64,000 nt of DNA from a virus (lineage: Duplodnaviria; Caudoviricetes), in the IMG/VR virus record IMGVR_UViG_2568526700_000003, positions 5,222 through 69,221 of that record. One strand, 5' to 3'. The notes beneath the pieces are model-generated. The model saw nothing but the letters and a program-made list of their open reading frames with translations, was not told the origin of the DNA and did not search any database. The position numbers and the translations under genes are program-made. This document shows, piece by piece, positions 1 through 9,650 of this stretch (positions within the stretch are counted from its first letter, which is position 1; each line of letters starts with the position of its first letter).

Positions 1-663
1 GAAGGTGAACCCGATCTCCGCCAGCGATTCATCCATCTTGCTGATGAACTCGGGCACCATTTCGTTGAAGGCGGACATGTATTTGTCGTCGCGCTCAACA
101 ACCACGTGATGAATACCTTCTCGCTTCATGCGAGGGTCATAATTCGCGAAATACCAGGCATCCTTCCCGGTTACCCACATGCTGAATTGCACCTGGGCCA
201 TATAGGCGGATTTGATAGCCTCGAAACCGCCAAGCCGGAATTTCATGAAGTCGCGAGAGGTGAAAGGGCACTTCAGCTCAAGGCCGCGGCCATCACTGCA
301 CAGGCCATCAGGAGAGCAGGCAGTGCGCATACCTTCGTCACGGAAAAGGATCGGCGACTCGGTTACCTGCACGTCGGTGGTGAACTCAAACAGGGTGCGA
401 GCATCGGCCTCATACTGTTTCCCCCAGGCCAGCGCTTTGGCGTTTACTTCCGGCGCCACTCCGGTGCACACTTCGGCAAGGAGCGTAAGGAAGTAGGACA
501 TCTTCATATCAGTCCATTTCTTGCCTGACTTGGGCTTAGAAATGACGTTGTGAACTTCCGAGGCAGTGATCACTCCGAGGCGTAAGCGGTGCCAGGATTC
601 ATCTCCCTGTTCAACGCGGGTAACGTCAATGCCAGTGCGTGCAAGGATAATTTCTGGCGTCAT
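1..663 (-). CDS. exo: Lambda-type exonuclease (Red alpha), runs off the window edge
   Basis: Manual translation [14 protein letters not shown]...[14 protein letters not shown]...CSPDG...LELKCPF closely follows lambda Exo; ATGA overlap with bet. Confidence 0.92.
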   Translation of the reverse strand, partial: MTPEIILARTGIDVTRVEQGDESWHRLRLGVITASEVHNVISKPKSGKKWTDMKMSYFLTLLAEVCTGVAPEVNAKALAWGKQYEADARTLFEFTTDVQVTESPILFRDEGMRTACSPDGLCSDGRGLELKCPFTSRDFMKFRLGGFEAIKSAYMAQVQFSMWVTGKDAWYFANYDPRMKREGIHHVVVERDDKYMSAFNEMVPEFISKMDESLAEIGFTF

Positions 664-1505
664 GCTGCCACCTGCGCTTTTTTCTGGAGGAAGCTAAAGC
701 CTTTCTGCGCTTCTTCTTCGGTGAGCTGTGATGCCTGGAAAATGTCACGCTTGAAAATGTTGCTGCACAGAGGCAGGAAGTCCTGTTCCCAGTCCTTATT
801 CAGGGACGTCAGGAGGTCGGTAATTGCCTGCAACGTTTCCTCACTGGCCACCAGGGGGAGTGCCTCTGTAGTGCTGCGCGGCGTTACGTCACGCGCATCA
901 ACTTCCAGTGTTTTACCTTCCATCTCTTCGGCAGTGGGCTGCTGGCCAATTTCAGGCCACGCCTTACGCAGAGCCTGAGCCTCGGCACACTTCGCCAGCT
1001 GGCCGTAAGGGCGCTTTTTCCACATTGCGTTTGGCGCGGTAGTGTCGCGGCCGGCGGTGGCATAGTTCTCAACCCAGTATTCTTTCGCGCTGAATTCGAC
1101 GATCTCCCCGCTCGGCATGCGCTTGCTGACCGTGTACTTGCACCATTGAGGTACGGTCACTTCAATACCGGTAAGCGTCAGAGCGACGTCCGGGCCGAAC
1201 TCTGGTTCTTTTGCGCCAGCGTAATCACCGGAGCGATCGGCCTGAATCCGATAAAGCCCGATGCCAGGCATAACCACATCTCGCCACTCGCTTTTACCCG
1301 ACTTCGAGTCCTTAACGCTCATTGGCACCAGATGAACGGGCTTCAGAAGCGGATCGAGGTTTCTGGCCCGGCAGTAGTCCAGCGCCATCATTACTGATTC
1401 GTCTTTGGCGCCAGGGTAAATACTGTTTTTGAGGGCGCTCCAGGTAGCGCCGTCAATGCCTCGCTCAGCAAGAGAGCTGGCTGTAATCACAAGTTCGTTA
1501 GCCAT
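660..1505 (-). CDS. bet: Single-strand annealing protein Bet (Red beta)
   Basis: [12 protein letters not shown] and [24 protein letters not shown] motifs; adjacent to exo. Confidence 0.9.
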   Translation of the reverse strand: MANELVITASSLAERGIDGATWSALKNSIYPGAKDESVMMALDYCRARNLDPLLKPVHLVPMSVKDSKSGKSEWRDVVMPGIGLYRIQADRSGDYAGAKEPEFGPDVALTLTGIEVTVPQWCKYTVSKRMPSGEIVEFSAKEYWVENYATAGRDTTAPNAMWKKRPYGQLAKCAEAQALRKAWPEIGQQPTAEEMEGKTLEVDARDVTPRSTTEALPLVASEETLQAITDLLTSLNKDWEQDFLPLCSNIFKRDIFQASQLTEEEAQKGFSFLQKKAQVAA

Positions 1506-1520
1506 TGCTATTCCCCAAAG

Positions 1521-1805
1521 TTAAAACGGGCAGCCGGTGCGGTGATCCCAGTCGTATTCCGCCTGGGCGTAAGCTACTGCCGAGATGAGATCGTTATATG
1601 CCTCGCCAGCTGCATCGCTGCGGAGGCCTTCGTATGGGCTTTTGTCCATCGGCACAGAGAAGCGGAACAGGCCTGACGGCTCTTTCGGCAAAGCGTCGAT
1701 AATTTCCTGCGCCCGATCGTCAATCCACTTTTGCTTCTCTTCGGTGAGCGACTGCTCAGTCCATTTCCGTTCTTCGATAGCGTCGTATGCGCGGTATGCG
1801 TTCAT
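1521..1805 (-). CDS. Gam-position protein, possible RecBCD inhibitor
   Basis: Directly upstream of bet; MNAY start like GamS; function inferred from synteny only. Confidence 0.5.
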   Translation of the reverse strand: MNAYRAYDAIEERKWTEQSLTEEKQKWIDDRAQEIIDALPKEPSGLFRFSVPMDKSPYEGLRSDAAGEAYNDLISAVAYAQAEYDWDHRTGCPF

Positions 1806-1885
1806 AGCTCGCTCCTGAAATTTGGTTGTAAGAATCCCGGCACCGTAATGGCTGCCTGATAGCTCAGTTAAATTCTTCGTTTCGA

Positions 1886-2092
1886 TTACCGGCTGAGACC
1901 TTGTCCCAACCCGTTCAGATAAACTTCAATCAGCAAGTCGGTTGTGTAAGTCCGCTCAATCCCACGATGCAGGTACAGTCGGCCGCGTTTATTTGCTGAT
2001 GCTGTCCAGGTGCTTTCCCGATGCTTAACGAGCATCCCTGGGAGAACGGCGCCGCGGTTAACGGTCTGTGTCCCGTAATGATGACTAACCAT
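1886..2092 (-). CDS. kil: Kil/KilR-family cell division inhibitor
   Basis: HHYGT..V.PG.LV.H..TWTASAN..RLY pattern like Rac KilR; located in the pL operon. Confidence 0.7.
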   Translation of the reverse strand: MVSHHYGTQTVNRGAVLPGMLVKHRESTWTASANKRGRLYLHRGIERTYTTDLLIEVYLNGLGQGLSR

Positions 2093-2195
2093 TGAACACC
2101 CCCGCAGAGTGCAGAATTTTGATAATCAACGCTGTCCAGATAACGCCGCAGATCAGCAGGCAGTAAATCAGTGAACGAATGCCTTGTTTGCTCAT
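2085..2195 (-). CDS. Small membrane peptide (36 aa)
   Basis: MSKQGIRSLIYCLLICGVIWTALIIKIL..., one hydrophobic helix; overlaps its neighbours. Confidence 0.55.
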   Translation of the reverse strand: MSKQGIRSLIYCLLICGVIWTALIIKILHSAGVFNG

Positions 2196-2299
2196 ACCGC
2201 ACCCCAGCACTGAACGCTTACGAATGCGACCAAAGCCAACAACAGTGCCACCTTCACCTTGAATCTGTTCCACGCAGGAACCTCATGTTCTCGGATCAT
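2192..2299 (-). CDS. Small membrane peptide (35 aa), first ORF of the pL operon
   Basis: Manual translation MIREHEVPAWNRFKVKVALLLALVAFVSVQCWGAV; ATGA coupling to the next ORF. Confidence 0.5.
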   Translation of the reverse strand: MIREHEVPAWNRFKVKVALLLALVAFVSVQCWGAV

Positions 2300-2382
2300 C
2301 TCTTCACCTTTGCCTTATCGCGGCTAACGGGACGTTTTGACTTCACCCCGGCGTTGCCGGTGTTGTTTGGATGAGTTAATTT

Positions 2383-2420
2383 AAAACCATAGTTGTTTTG
2401 TAGTCAACAACAATAGTTGT
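2383..2420. promoter_or_regulatory. oL/pL operator sites
   Basis: 14-bp imperfect palindromes AAAACCATAGTTGT (2383) and ACAACAATAGTTGT (2407), matching the oR sites. Confidence 0.75.
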
Positions 2421-2520
2421 TTAAATGGCTGGAATGGTTTTATTTGGTTGTTTTTATTGTTTATTTATTTTTGTAAAGCGTGCTGGTAAGCTCAAAAAAA
2501 ACGCCAAAGAGGGTAGCGCC

Positions 2521-2766
2521 ATGTCGAATGAGGATGAGTTTTTCGCAGAAATGCACCCGCAGATAGCGCAGATTATCGGGATGGCGGTTATGCAGATGCT
2601 GGTTGAGAAGCGCGAGCCATCAAGAGAGGCGCTGATAGAGATGATTCAGGTGCTGTGGCAGGGTGACCAGGTAGATCTGGCAGTAGAGCTGGCACTGGAT
2701 GTGCTGAGGCTGCGGGAAGAGTTGGGCAATAAAAACCCGGCACGGTGGCCGGGTTGTGGATTGTAA
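2521..2766 (+). CDS. Hypothetical protein, divergent from pL
   Basis: ORF with SD (GAGGG), MSNEDEFFAEMHPQ...; C-terminus runs into the terminator hairpin. Confidence 0.55.
   Translation: MSNEDEFFAEMHPQIAQIIGMAVMQMLVEKREPSREALIEMIQVLWQGDQVDLAVELALDVLRLREELGNKNPARWPGCGL
2731..2760. terminator. Immunity-region terminator hairpin (timm-like)
   Basis: AAAAACCCGGC-ACGGTG-GCCGGGTT stem-loop with a U tract on the minus strand. Confidence 0.75.
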
Positions 2767-2805
2767 ATAGATAATGATTGTTGGTTACAATATCAAGTTA
2801 ACTAA

Positions 2806-3882
2806 TCAGATACAGGAGACAACACCATTTACATCAGCTTCTAAAGCATCAATTTGAGCTTTATTTGCTTGTGTTGCCATACCATAAATAGTGTAACTTT
2901 TGTGTTGAAGATTGCTTAATGGGCAGCCTTCATGATTAATGATTGCGGCAAGAGTGTTGCCATCTTTAACGTGCTTAACGCGATCATCAATGCTTTCATC
3001 AGTAAATAAATGAGGGTGTGTTTTTAATAATTCAGATGTGATTCTTTTTATTTCTTCAGCGTGCGACTTGAATGCTTTTGCAGCGTCGCTTTCGTTGGTT
3101 CGAGATCGGTTTTGGACGAATAGATGTAGCTTGGGGAATTCTATTTTACTTTGTTTTGCTTCTTTGTTGAAATCAAGGAACATTTCGTCTTGTTCAGTGC
3201 TATCAATAGAAACTCCATAAATCAATTTAACTAAGTTTTTGATACCACGAATTGAGGCAGCATCGGCTGTACATGGAATAATTACTCGATTTGATGCGAC
3301 AACTCCAAGTTCTGTGTAGCTTGCAAAACTAGGGTTGCAGTCAATAAAAAACGTTTTAGGCCTCTCGGAAATAGTTTTATCTGCCTCAAATGAAGCGATG
3401 AGGTCTATCAAAAGTGATCGACTTTTTTTCCAAGCTTCTTTAACCGGTGAGGATCCAATATGCGCAATAAGCCTTGAACAAATATCTAAGTCTACGTCAC
3501 CTGGTAAAAGATAAAGATTGTTTGGCATTTTTGGATTTACAGAATGAGCTTTAACAAAATATGAAGACTCATTCCCCAGGCGTGCAAGTGGAGAGTTGCT
3601 AAAGCGCTCTTTAATGTAACCAGCTATAGTAGTATTTCTATCACGGAGGTTGTTAAGATTTTCTTCTCCAACTCCATTGCCGCCCAAAATAATCTCAGAA
3701 ACATTTGATTGAGGGCAGGCATCTATAACGACTACATCTTCATCCGAATGCGCTATTGCATACTCGACAGCAAGATTATAGGTCAAAAACGTTTTCCCAA
3801 CGCCGCCTTTATTGTTCCAGATCAAATATTTCTTATTTGTATCTACCATATCGTTCGCAACTTCCGCCAGTTCCGACTTCAT
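2806..3882 (-). CDS. Orphan ParA/Soj-family ATPase (accessory gene downstream of cI)
   Basis: Deviant Walker A NKGGVGKT, A' VIDACPQSN, Walker B FFIDCNPS; AT-rich; no parB nearby. Confidence 0.88.
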   Translation of the reverse strand: MKSELAEVANDMVDTNKKYLIWNNKGGVGKTFLTYNLAVEYAIAHSDEDVVVIDACPQSNVSEIILGGNGVGEENLNNLRDRNTTIAGYIKERFSNSPLARLGNESSYFVKAHSVNPKMPNNLYLLPGDVDLDICSRLIAHIGSSPVKEAWKKSRSLLIDLIASFEADKTISERPKTFFIDCNPSFASYTELGVVASNRVIIPCTADAASIRGIKNLVKLIYGVSIDSTEQDEMFLDFNKEAKQSKIEFPKLHLFVQNRSRTNESDAAKAFKSHAEEIKRITSELLKTHPHLFTDESIDDRVKHVKDGNTLAAIINHEGCPLSNLQHKSYTIYGMATQANKAQIDALEADVNGVVSCI

Positions 3883-4027
3883 AATTTAATCCTAAGTTTA
3901 CCGTGTGTAATGAAAAAAGCGACCAGAAAATTATCCGGTCATCATAGACTTACAAAAAGATATTAATAATCATTGCGTTGGAGATGATTCATTCCCTCAA
4001 TACATCAAATCAACCTTCTGCACTGAT

Positions 4028-4147
4028 TTATTCAAAGTCATCCCGCTCATCCCTTCGCTTGAAGAAAATCTTATCTAGCCTGAGCACGATCCCAACCAGC
4101 CCGATAATCAGCAAAGTAATGAGTATTGGGATAATCAGATCAGACAT
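4028..4147 (-). CDS. Small single-TM protein directly after cI
   Basis: Manual translation MSDLIIPILITLLIIGLVGIVLRLDKIFFKRRDERDDFE; SD GAGG. Confidence 0.6.
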   Translation of the reverse strand: MSDLIIPILITLLIIGLVGIVLRLDKIFFKRRDERDDFE

Positions 4148-4169
4148 GCTTCCTCTGCGTGCTAAGGCT

Positions 4170-4859
4170 TTACCCATGCTTCCTGTACGTCTGCGGCATG
4201 CTGCCGATCACCTTGCCGAACACGAACACCCGGTTCATCTCGTCTTTCTCGATCGGGTCCCAGGCTGCATAGCTCTTGTTATCTGAGATAACCAGCAGCT
4301 TGTCCTTCATCTTCTGCAGGCGCTTGACGTGAGCAGTGTCGTCGTACAGGAAGGCGTATATCCCGTCGCCGTCGAAGCTCTTAACGCTGATGTCGACGAA
4401 CAGCAGATCACCCGGCTCAATCGTGCCGGACATGCTGTCGCCCCGGACGTTGATGATCCTGATGTTCTCAGCCTTGCGCCCATCGAACATGTGGCGCGCT
4501 TCCGCTGGCGCATATTCAACGGAGTGGAGAATCTCCACGAACTCCTGATTCACAATGCCCGGGCCGGCACTGACGGCCAGATCCAAAATGTCGACCCTGA
4601 ACACATCATGATTTATGTGTGATGGCTTCTTATCATCGTCACCATCAGCTCTCATGGCGCCAGTTCCCGAAGAAAGCCACTCAGGTCTCACCCTTAAAGC
4701 CTTGGCTATATCGAGCAATTTTGTGGTCTGAGCAGCCCTTCCAGTTTCAATCTTCTGGATCGCAGCCTGACTAACTCCAACAGCATCTCCCAAAGTCTTC
4801 TGGGTCATGCCGGCAGCCTTTCTGGCTTCTCTTAATCGTTCTGCAAGTGTCGTTTTCAT
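4170..4859 (-). CDS. cI: CI repressor (XRE HTH + S24 peptidase)
   Basis: N-terminal HTH; AG cleavage site; VRGDSM and VKRL catalytic motifs; divergent from cro. Confidence 0.95.
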   Translation of the reverse strand: MKTTLAERLREARKAAGMTQKTLGDAVGVSQAAIQKIETGRAAQTTKLLDIAKALRVRPEWLSSGTGAMRADGDDDKKPSHINHDVFRVDILDLAVSAGPGIVNQEFVEILHSVEYAPAEARHMFDGRKAENIRIINVRGDSMSGTIEPGDLLFVDISVKSFDGDGIYAFLYDDTAHVKRLQKMKDKLLVISDNKSYAAWDPIEKDEMNRVFVFGKVIGSMPQTYRKHG

Positions 4860-4870
4860 CTTCTCAATTT

Positions 4871-4936
4871 ACAACCATGGTTTTATAGCGGCAAACGAAA
4901 ATGGTTGTTGACTAAATACAACTAAGGTTTTATTCT
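4871..4936. promoter_or_regulatory. oR with three operators and pR
   Basis: ACAACCATGGTTTT (4871), ACGAAAATGGTTGT (4895), ACAACTAAGGTTTT (4918); TTGACT-17 bp-TATTCT promoter. Confidence 0.8.
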
Positions 4937-4963
4937 TTGTTTGTATTTACTACGGAGGTTGTC

Positions 4964-5197
4964 ATGAACCCAACCATTAAAACCGCAATTAATATTGTCG
5001 GCTCTCAGAAAAAGCTTGGTGAAGCCTGCGATGTTTCTCAGCAGGCGGTTTACAAGTGGCTCCACAACAAGGCAAAGGTTTCGCCTGAACATGTAAACAG
5101 CATCGTAAATGCAACTAATGGGGAGGTTCAGGCGCATCAAATTAGACCAGACCTTCCAAAGCTATTCCCTTCTCCGAAGGGCGTTCCGGCCGCCTAA
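4964..5197 (+). CDS. cro: Cro/YdaS-family repressor
   Basis: GSQKKLGEACDVSQQAVYKW HTH and IRPDL motif; SD GGAGG. Confidence 0.9.
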   Translation: MNPTIKTAINIVGSQKKLGEACDVSQQAVYKWLHNKAKVSPEHVNSIVNATNGEVQAHQIRPDLPKLFPSPKGVPAA

Positions 5198-5237
5198 CCA
5201 GCGGCCATTCCAAACAACACCAGAGGAAGTATCACAA

Positions 5238-5459
5238 ATGGAGAGTTCAACGACACGCAACAAAGTGGAGGCTCGCAGGATAGAAAGCTGGTTACACAGC
5301 CAGATAGCTGAACTGGGAACCACGAATATCGCCAAAGTGGCCGGAGTGAATAAGTCGACGGTGAGTCGCTGGCGGGAAAATCTGCTGCCGAACATGTCGC
5401 TACTGCTGGCCATCCTGATTTCTAACAGGCCGGGAGAGAAAGGTGACTTTGAGGCATGA
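5238..5459 (+). CDS. cII: CII-family activator
   Basis: ARRIES..IAKVAGVNKSTVSRW..LLAIL; position after cro. Confidence 0.85.
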   Translation: MESSTTRNKVEARRIESWLHSQIAELGTTNIAKVAGVNKSTVSRWRENLLPNMSLLLAILISNRPGEKGDFEA

Positions 5460-5544
5460 GTGGGAACGGAAAGGCGAAAGCCGCAGTGCTGGAACACTAA
5501 CGGCTTTCTAAGCGAATTAACTGAACAAATTCACAGGAGTAATT

Positions 5545-5691
5545 ATGCCTAAGAGCAACAGATTTTACCAGGCACAAACACACAAAAATGTTACCCGCGA
5601 TCGCTTCATTCGCTCGGTTAACCCGGTGGTTGGCATGAAAATGCGCGCCATCCTGGAAGAGCTGAAACGGAAGGAGGAAGGCCGTGAGTAA
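5545..5691 (+). CDS. Small phage protein (DUF2740-like)
   Basis: Manual translation MPKSNRFYQAQTHKNVTRDRFIRS...; lies between cII and O. Confidence 0.55.
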   Translation: MPKSNRFYQAQTHKNVTRDRFIRSVNPVVGMKMRAILEELKRKEEGRE

Positions 5692-6583
5692 CGTATCCAA
5701 TTTAGCCGAAGCCAGAGAGGCCAGAAGGCTCCAGAAACCGCGCACGAATGACGGTAAGGGGTTTGCCTTGCTGCACCGTAAAATTATGGATGTGCCGTTC
5801 TACAAGGATGCTGAGGCGGCTCATCTATGGGTTCACCTGCTCCTGCGCGCTAATCACGAACAGACACTGGTATCGACTGATGTCGGCGATGTGATGTGCG
5901 AAAGAGGGGAGTTCATCACCGGGCGAAACACCCTGGCAATGGAAACGGGGTTAACCGCTGATCGCGTTAAATCACTGCTCCGTAAATTCCAGAACCTGGG
6001 CATGATCACCACCAAATCGAACAACCGCTTCACTGTTCTAAAAGTGGTCAAATATGACGAATATCAGTCACATTTTTGTCCAGCCGATGTCCAGCCGATG
6101 TCCAGCCAAAACGCAGTAGTACCAATGCCTGCGGAGGTGGAGTGTCCAGCCGGTGTCCAGCCAGTGTCCACAGATAACAATATATTAAATAACTTACTAC
6201 CTAACGGTAGTAAGTATGTCGCAGATAACCAGAAACCGGCTGAAGAGAAAAAATCACGCTTGTCATGCGATGAAGTGTGGCAATGCCTGAAAGACGAACT
6301 TCCTGAAGCCAGGGGATGGAGATGCCTCACTGATGAGCGACGCAATCTGATCCGCACCTTCTGGAGCAAGGCGAACAAAATCGCTCGCAACCTTGATGGT
6401 AAGCCGATGGACATGGATGGTTTTCGCGCTTATCTCCGCTACATAGCTCAGAACTGTCGCTGGATGCTGGAAGACCGACCAGACCAGAAGTCAGGGAAGA
6501 CATGGCGCCGCATGAAATTCGATAAGTTTCTGACGGAAAAACTCTACATCGAAGTGCGTGAGGGGGATCGTGATGACCGCTGA
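5684..6583 (+). CDS. Replication initiator (O-like)
   Basis: wHTH N-terminus (GFALLHRKI..LWVHLLLRANH); contains internal iterons; precedes the helicase. Confidence 0.85.
   Translation: MSNVSNLAEAREARRLQKPRTNDGKGFALLHRKIMDVPFYKDAEAAHLWVHLLLRANHEQTLVSTDVGDVMCERGEFITGRNTLAMETGLTADRVKSLLRKFQNLGMITTKSNNRFTVLKVVKYDEYQSHFCPADVQPMSSQNAVVPMPAEVECPAGVQPVSTDNNILNNLLPNGSKYVADNQKPAEEKKSRLSCDEVWQCLKDELPEARGWRCLTDERRNLIRTFWSKANKIARNLDGKPMDMDGFRAYLRYIAQNCRWMLEDRPDQKSGKTWRRMKFDKFLTEKLYIEVREGDRDDR
6077..6215. repeat. Phage origin: TGTCCAGCC iterons plus AT-rich tract
   Basis: Two groups of three TGTCCA(GCC) at 11-bp spacing (6077, 6088, 6099; 6143, 6154, 6165) followed by AT-rich DNA. Confidence 0.85.
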
Positions 6584-8003
6584 TTTCATGACACCTCCGC
6601 ACAGCATTGAAGCAGAGCAGAGCGTGCTGGGCGGGCTCCTGCTTGACGACGACAACAGCGAGCGTACTCAGAAGGTACTTTCGATTCTCAAGCCAGAATC
6701 GTTCTACGCGCGTCAGCACCAGGTCATTTTTGCTGAAATGCGCCAGATGTACCGCGACCATAAGCCTGTCGATCTGCTGACCCTGTTTGATTCTCTCGAT
6801 AGCAAGGGGCTGACGGAAACCGTTGGTGGCTTTGCATACCTGGCTGAAATGTCGAAGAACACGCCAAGCGCGGCGAACATCGTGGCATATGCGATGCGTG
6901 TTCGTGAGACCGCTATGGAGCGCTACGGCATCGAGAAAACAACGAAGGCGATCGAGTTGCTTTATGCCCGCAACGGCATGACGGCAGAACAGAAGTTTGA
7001 CGCAATTCAGGGATTATTCACTGAGATAACCGAGCACGTAAAAACAGGGCGACGGACTGGGCTTCGCACGTTCTATGACGCTGTTACTGACTGGTCAGCA
7101 GAATTCGACGAAAGGCTCAAGCCGGATGGCCGTTCCCGCGGGTTGTCTACCGGGATCCGATCCCTGGATGAGTTACTCGGTGTTAAGCGCATTGTGCGCG
7201 GCAGCCTGTTTGTTATCGGAGCACGCCCGAAGATGGGTAAAACCACGCTCTATACCCAGATGGGGATCAACTGCGCAACGGTCGAAAATGAGCCTGCCCT
7301 GATGTTCTCTCTCGAAATGCCGGAAGGGCAGATGGTGGAGAAAATCACTGCGCAGAAGGGGCGGATCTCGCCAAACCTGTTTTACCCGGACATGACTAAG
7401 GATGACTACGGCTATCGCGGCGACTGGAACGGCGATCTGAAGAAAGCTACCGGCGTTATGGGAGCGCTGATTGACACTAATAACCTCCTGATTGATGACA
7501 CCCCGGGTATTTCACTGGCGCATGTCGTGGCTGAGTCACGTCGCATCAAGCGTGAACGCGGAAAGGTCGGAATGATCCTCGTTGACTACCTGACGCTGAT
7601 GACTGCCGATAAGGCAGAGCGAAATGACCTGGCTTACGGGCTGATCACCAAAGGCCTCAAGACGCTGGCGAAGGAGTTGGATTGCGTCGTCGTTCTCCTG
7701 ACTCAGCTTAACCGCGAGCTTGAGAAGCGAACCAATAAGCGCCCCTTGCCGAGCGATTCCCGCGACACCGGGCAGATTGAACAGGACTGCGATTACTGGC
7801 TGGCCATATACCGGGAAGGTGCCTACGACGAGAACGCAAACCAGAGCGACACAGAGCTACTCCTGCGCCTTAACCGGCATGGTGAGACTGGTGTTGTCTA
7901 TTGCGAGCAACGTCACGGGGCGATTTACGACTGCGATCAGGAAGCTGCCAGTCAGCGCCGGCGCGAGAAAGAGGAAAAACCGACCAAGCGGGGTGGATTT
8001 TGA
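6573..8003 (+). CDS. DnaB-like replicative helicase
   Basis: PPHSIEAEQSVLG, GARPKMGKT, FSLEM, VDYL, QLNR and IEQD motifs. Confidence 0.95.
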   Translation: MTADFMTPPHSIEAEQSVLGGLLLDDDNSERTQKVLSILKPESFYARQHQVIFAEMRQMYRDHKPVDLLTLFDSLDSKGLTETVGGFAYLAEMSKNTPSAANIVAYAMRVRETAMERYGIEKTTKAIELLYARNGMTAEQKFDAIQGLFTEITEHVKTGRRTGLRTFYDAVTDWSAEFDERLKPDGRSRGLSTGIRSLDELLGVKRIVRGSLFVIGARPKMGKTTLYTQMGINCATVENEPALMFSLEMPEGQMVEKITAQKGRISPNLFYPDMTKDDYGYRGDWNGDLKKATGVMGALIDTNNLLIDDTPGISLAHVVAESRRIKRERGKVGMILVDYLTLMTADKAERNDLAYGLITKGLKTLAKELDCVVVLLTQLNRELEKRTNKRPLPSDSRDTGQIEQDCDYWLAIYREGAYDENANQSDTELLLRLNRHGETGVVYCEQRHGAIYDCDQEAASQRRREKEEKPTKRGGF

Positions 8004-8296
8004 TGACAGGCAAAGACGCAATTCTGAACTACCTGAAAACGCATAAAACCTGTAGCTCTCCAGATGTCGCCGCGGCTTCCGGAATGACGCACACCTGCAT
8101 CAACCAGGCTGCAAATATCCTGGCAAAGCAGGGGGTGTTAGTAGCGGAAGCTCGGGTGTGGCGGACGGTTTACTACCGGCTGGCCACTGAGGAAGAAATT
8201 GCAGGCAGAAAGAGCACTAACCAGATTTTCAACGAGTGTCGGCAAAGTCCGGCGATGAAGCGGGTACTGGCTGTTTACGGGAGGACATCAGCATGA
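8003..8296 (+). CDS. ren: Ren protein
   Basis: MTGKDAILNYL...VWRTVYYRLAT...ECRQSPAMKRVLAVYG, like lambda Ren. Confidence 0.88.
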   Translation: MTGKDAILNYLKTHKTCSSPDVAAASGMTHTCINQAANILAKQGVLVAEARVWRTVYYRLATEEEIAGRKSTNQIFNECRQSPAMKRVLAVYGRTSA

Positions 8297-8730
8297 CTAT
8301 CACACTACAGGCAGTAAACGAGCTCATCGCTTCCCTGGAGAGCGCAGGCGAGCTGTCAATCAGAGAGCAGAAGTTCCTGAAGCTGGCGAAAGCGTACCAG
8401 CAGCTGGCTGCGGAGAATGTGGCGCTGAAAAAATCAGCGCCGGCACCGTTCAGTAAGCTGATGATGGAAGCGCTTGATACTTATCATTCGAAAGCTGACG
8501 ACGTGCCTGAGTTGGCCATGCTGAGCGCATACGTAAAACTGCGCGATGGGCTAAAAACCCCCGCCACCGATCGCATCGTAGCCGGGATTAAGGCTGATGG
8601 GGTGGAGATGTTCGCTCTGATGTTTTCTGAAGAGGCGATCAAAGACAACAACATCACAACCGGCTGGAAAGCCAGAGCAAGCAGAGCGGCCTCTGAATAC
8701 GCAGAGTTGCTGCGCGAGGGGGCCAAATGA
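8293..8730 (+). CDS. Hypothetical phage protein (Ead/Ea22-associated)
   Basis: Coupled ORF; LAAENVALK and KTPATD..A.GVE motifs common in lambdoid early genes. Confidence 0.65.
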   Translation: MTITLQAVNELIASLESAGELSIREQKFLKLAKAYQQLAAENVALKKSAPAPFSKLMMEALDTYHSKADDVPELAMLSAYVKLRDGLKTPATDRIVAGIKADGVEMFALMFSEEAIKDNNITTGWKARASRAASEYAELLREGAK

Positions 8731-8840
8731 TCACTGGGACCACGAATTACGATGAAGTTCCTGATGTTAGTTGCACCTTGTGCGGCGGTTATTACAAAGC
8801 CGACGATCCAGAAAGTCACGAATGTGAGGGTGCAGCATGA
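8727..8840 (+). CDS. Small putative Zn-binding protein
   Basis: MITGTTNYDEVPDVSCTLCGGYYKADDPESHEC; ATGA overlaps on both sides. Confidence 0.5.
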   Translation: MITGTTNYDEVPDVSCTLCGGYYKADDPESHECEGAA

Positions 8841-9190
8841 CTGATATCACCGAACTGGCGCAGAGAGCCAGAATCAACGCTGAATGTGGTGAGCATCTTT
8901 CCCCGGCGGAGACCTTGGAGCTGGTAGAGGCGCTGGAGAAGGCGCAGCAGCAAACGACTGAAAGCGAAAACCGCGTTCGCAAGCAGAATCGCCACATCTG
9001 TGAGCTGTTCGACGATAACACAGCACTGTGCCAGCGCATCGCCGAGCTGGAGTCCCGCACTGTGAAGCTGCCAGACTTACGGCAGATTGTATCTGGGGAC
9101 AGATATGTCTGGTCTGATGGTGTTTATAACTACAACCAGGACGTAAAGGTAGCGCTGGCCGCCGCTGGCATCAAGGTGGAGGCTGAGTGA
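8837..9190 (+). CDS. Ead/Ea22-like protein
   Basis: P..LELVEALE, RIAELESRTVKLP and ALAAAGIKVEAE motifs. Confidence 0.65.
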   Translation: MTDITELAQRARINAECGEHLSPAETLELVEALEKAQQQTTESENRVRKQNRHICELFDDNTALCQRIAELESRTVKLPDLRQIVSGDRYVWSDGVYNYNQDVKVALAAAGIKVEAE

Positions 9191-9362
9191 TGGCAGAGCG
9201 CTGAAAATTTATCTCACTATCGCATTCATCGGCTTGAGAGCTATGGGGTGTTGGTGATGCATAAAGCTCGCGTAGGACACAACGCTTTACATAGACTTTA
9301 ATCAAGGCCCTTTTGGGCCTTTTCGTTTATGATGACAAAAACTCTCTCAAGAGTGACATCAA

Positions 9363-9650
9363 ATGAAAAAGAAGAAACTCTCTTCCAAACAGCAGTATCA
9401 ATTAGATGTTGAACTGGTAAAAATAAAGCCAACTAACCGAACAGAGGCAAAAGCTCATTTGGCGGCTCAATTGCGTATCAGTAAGTTCAAGTCTAAAGGT
9501 AGAAGGGGTTTTAATTCTGCCGCAAAAAGCGCCAAAGAATCACTGGATATAGCCAATGCAATTCGGTTTGGTGAAGGGGTTGTGGAGTCCGTGGATACAG
9601 CCCGTATACCTGATAGCAATAAGCGCTGGCGTGGGAGGACCGCAGATTAA
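9363..9650 (+). CDS. Basic hypothetical protein
   Basis: Lys-rich, AT-rich ORF with TAATG coupling to the theta homolog. Confidence 0.6.
   Translation: MKKKKLSSKQQYQLDVELVKIKPTNRTEAKAHLAAQLRISKFKSKGRRGFNSAAKSAKESLDIANAIRFGEGVVESVDTARIPDSNKRWRGRTAD

Noticed and set aside
106-978. Plus-strand ORFs 106-528, 212-496 and 589-978
   Set aside because: Antisense shadows of exo and bet; the same applies to most short ORFs overlapping the structural genes
2806-3882. Plasmid-prophage partition system
   Set aside because: No parB, parS or protelomerase; the phage has a chromosomal att
6077-6171. Novel repeat array
   Set aside because: Ordinary iterons within the replication initiator gene
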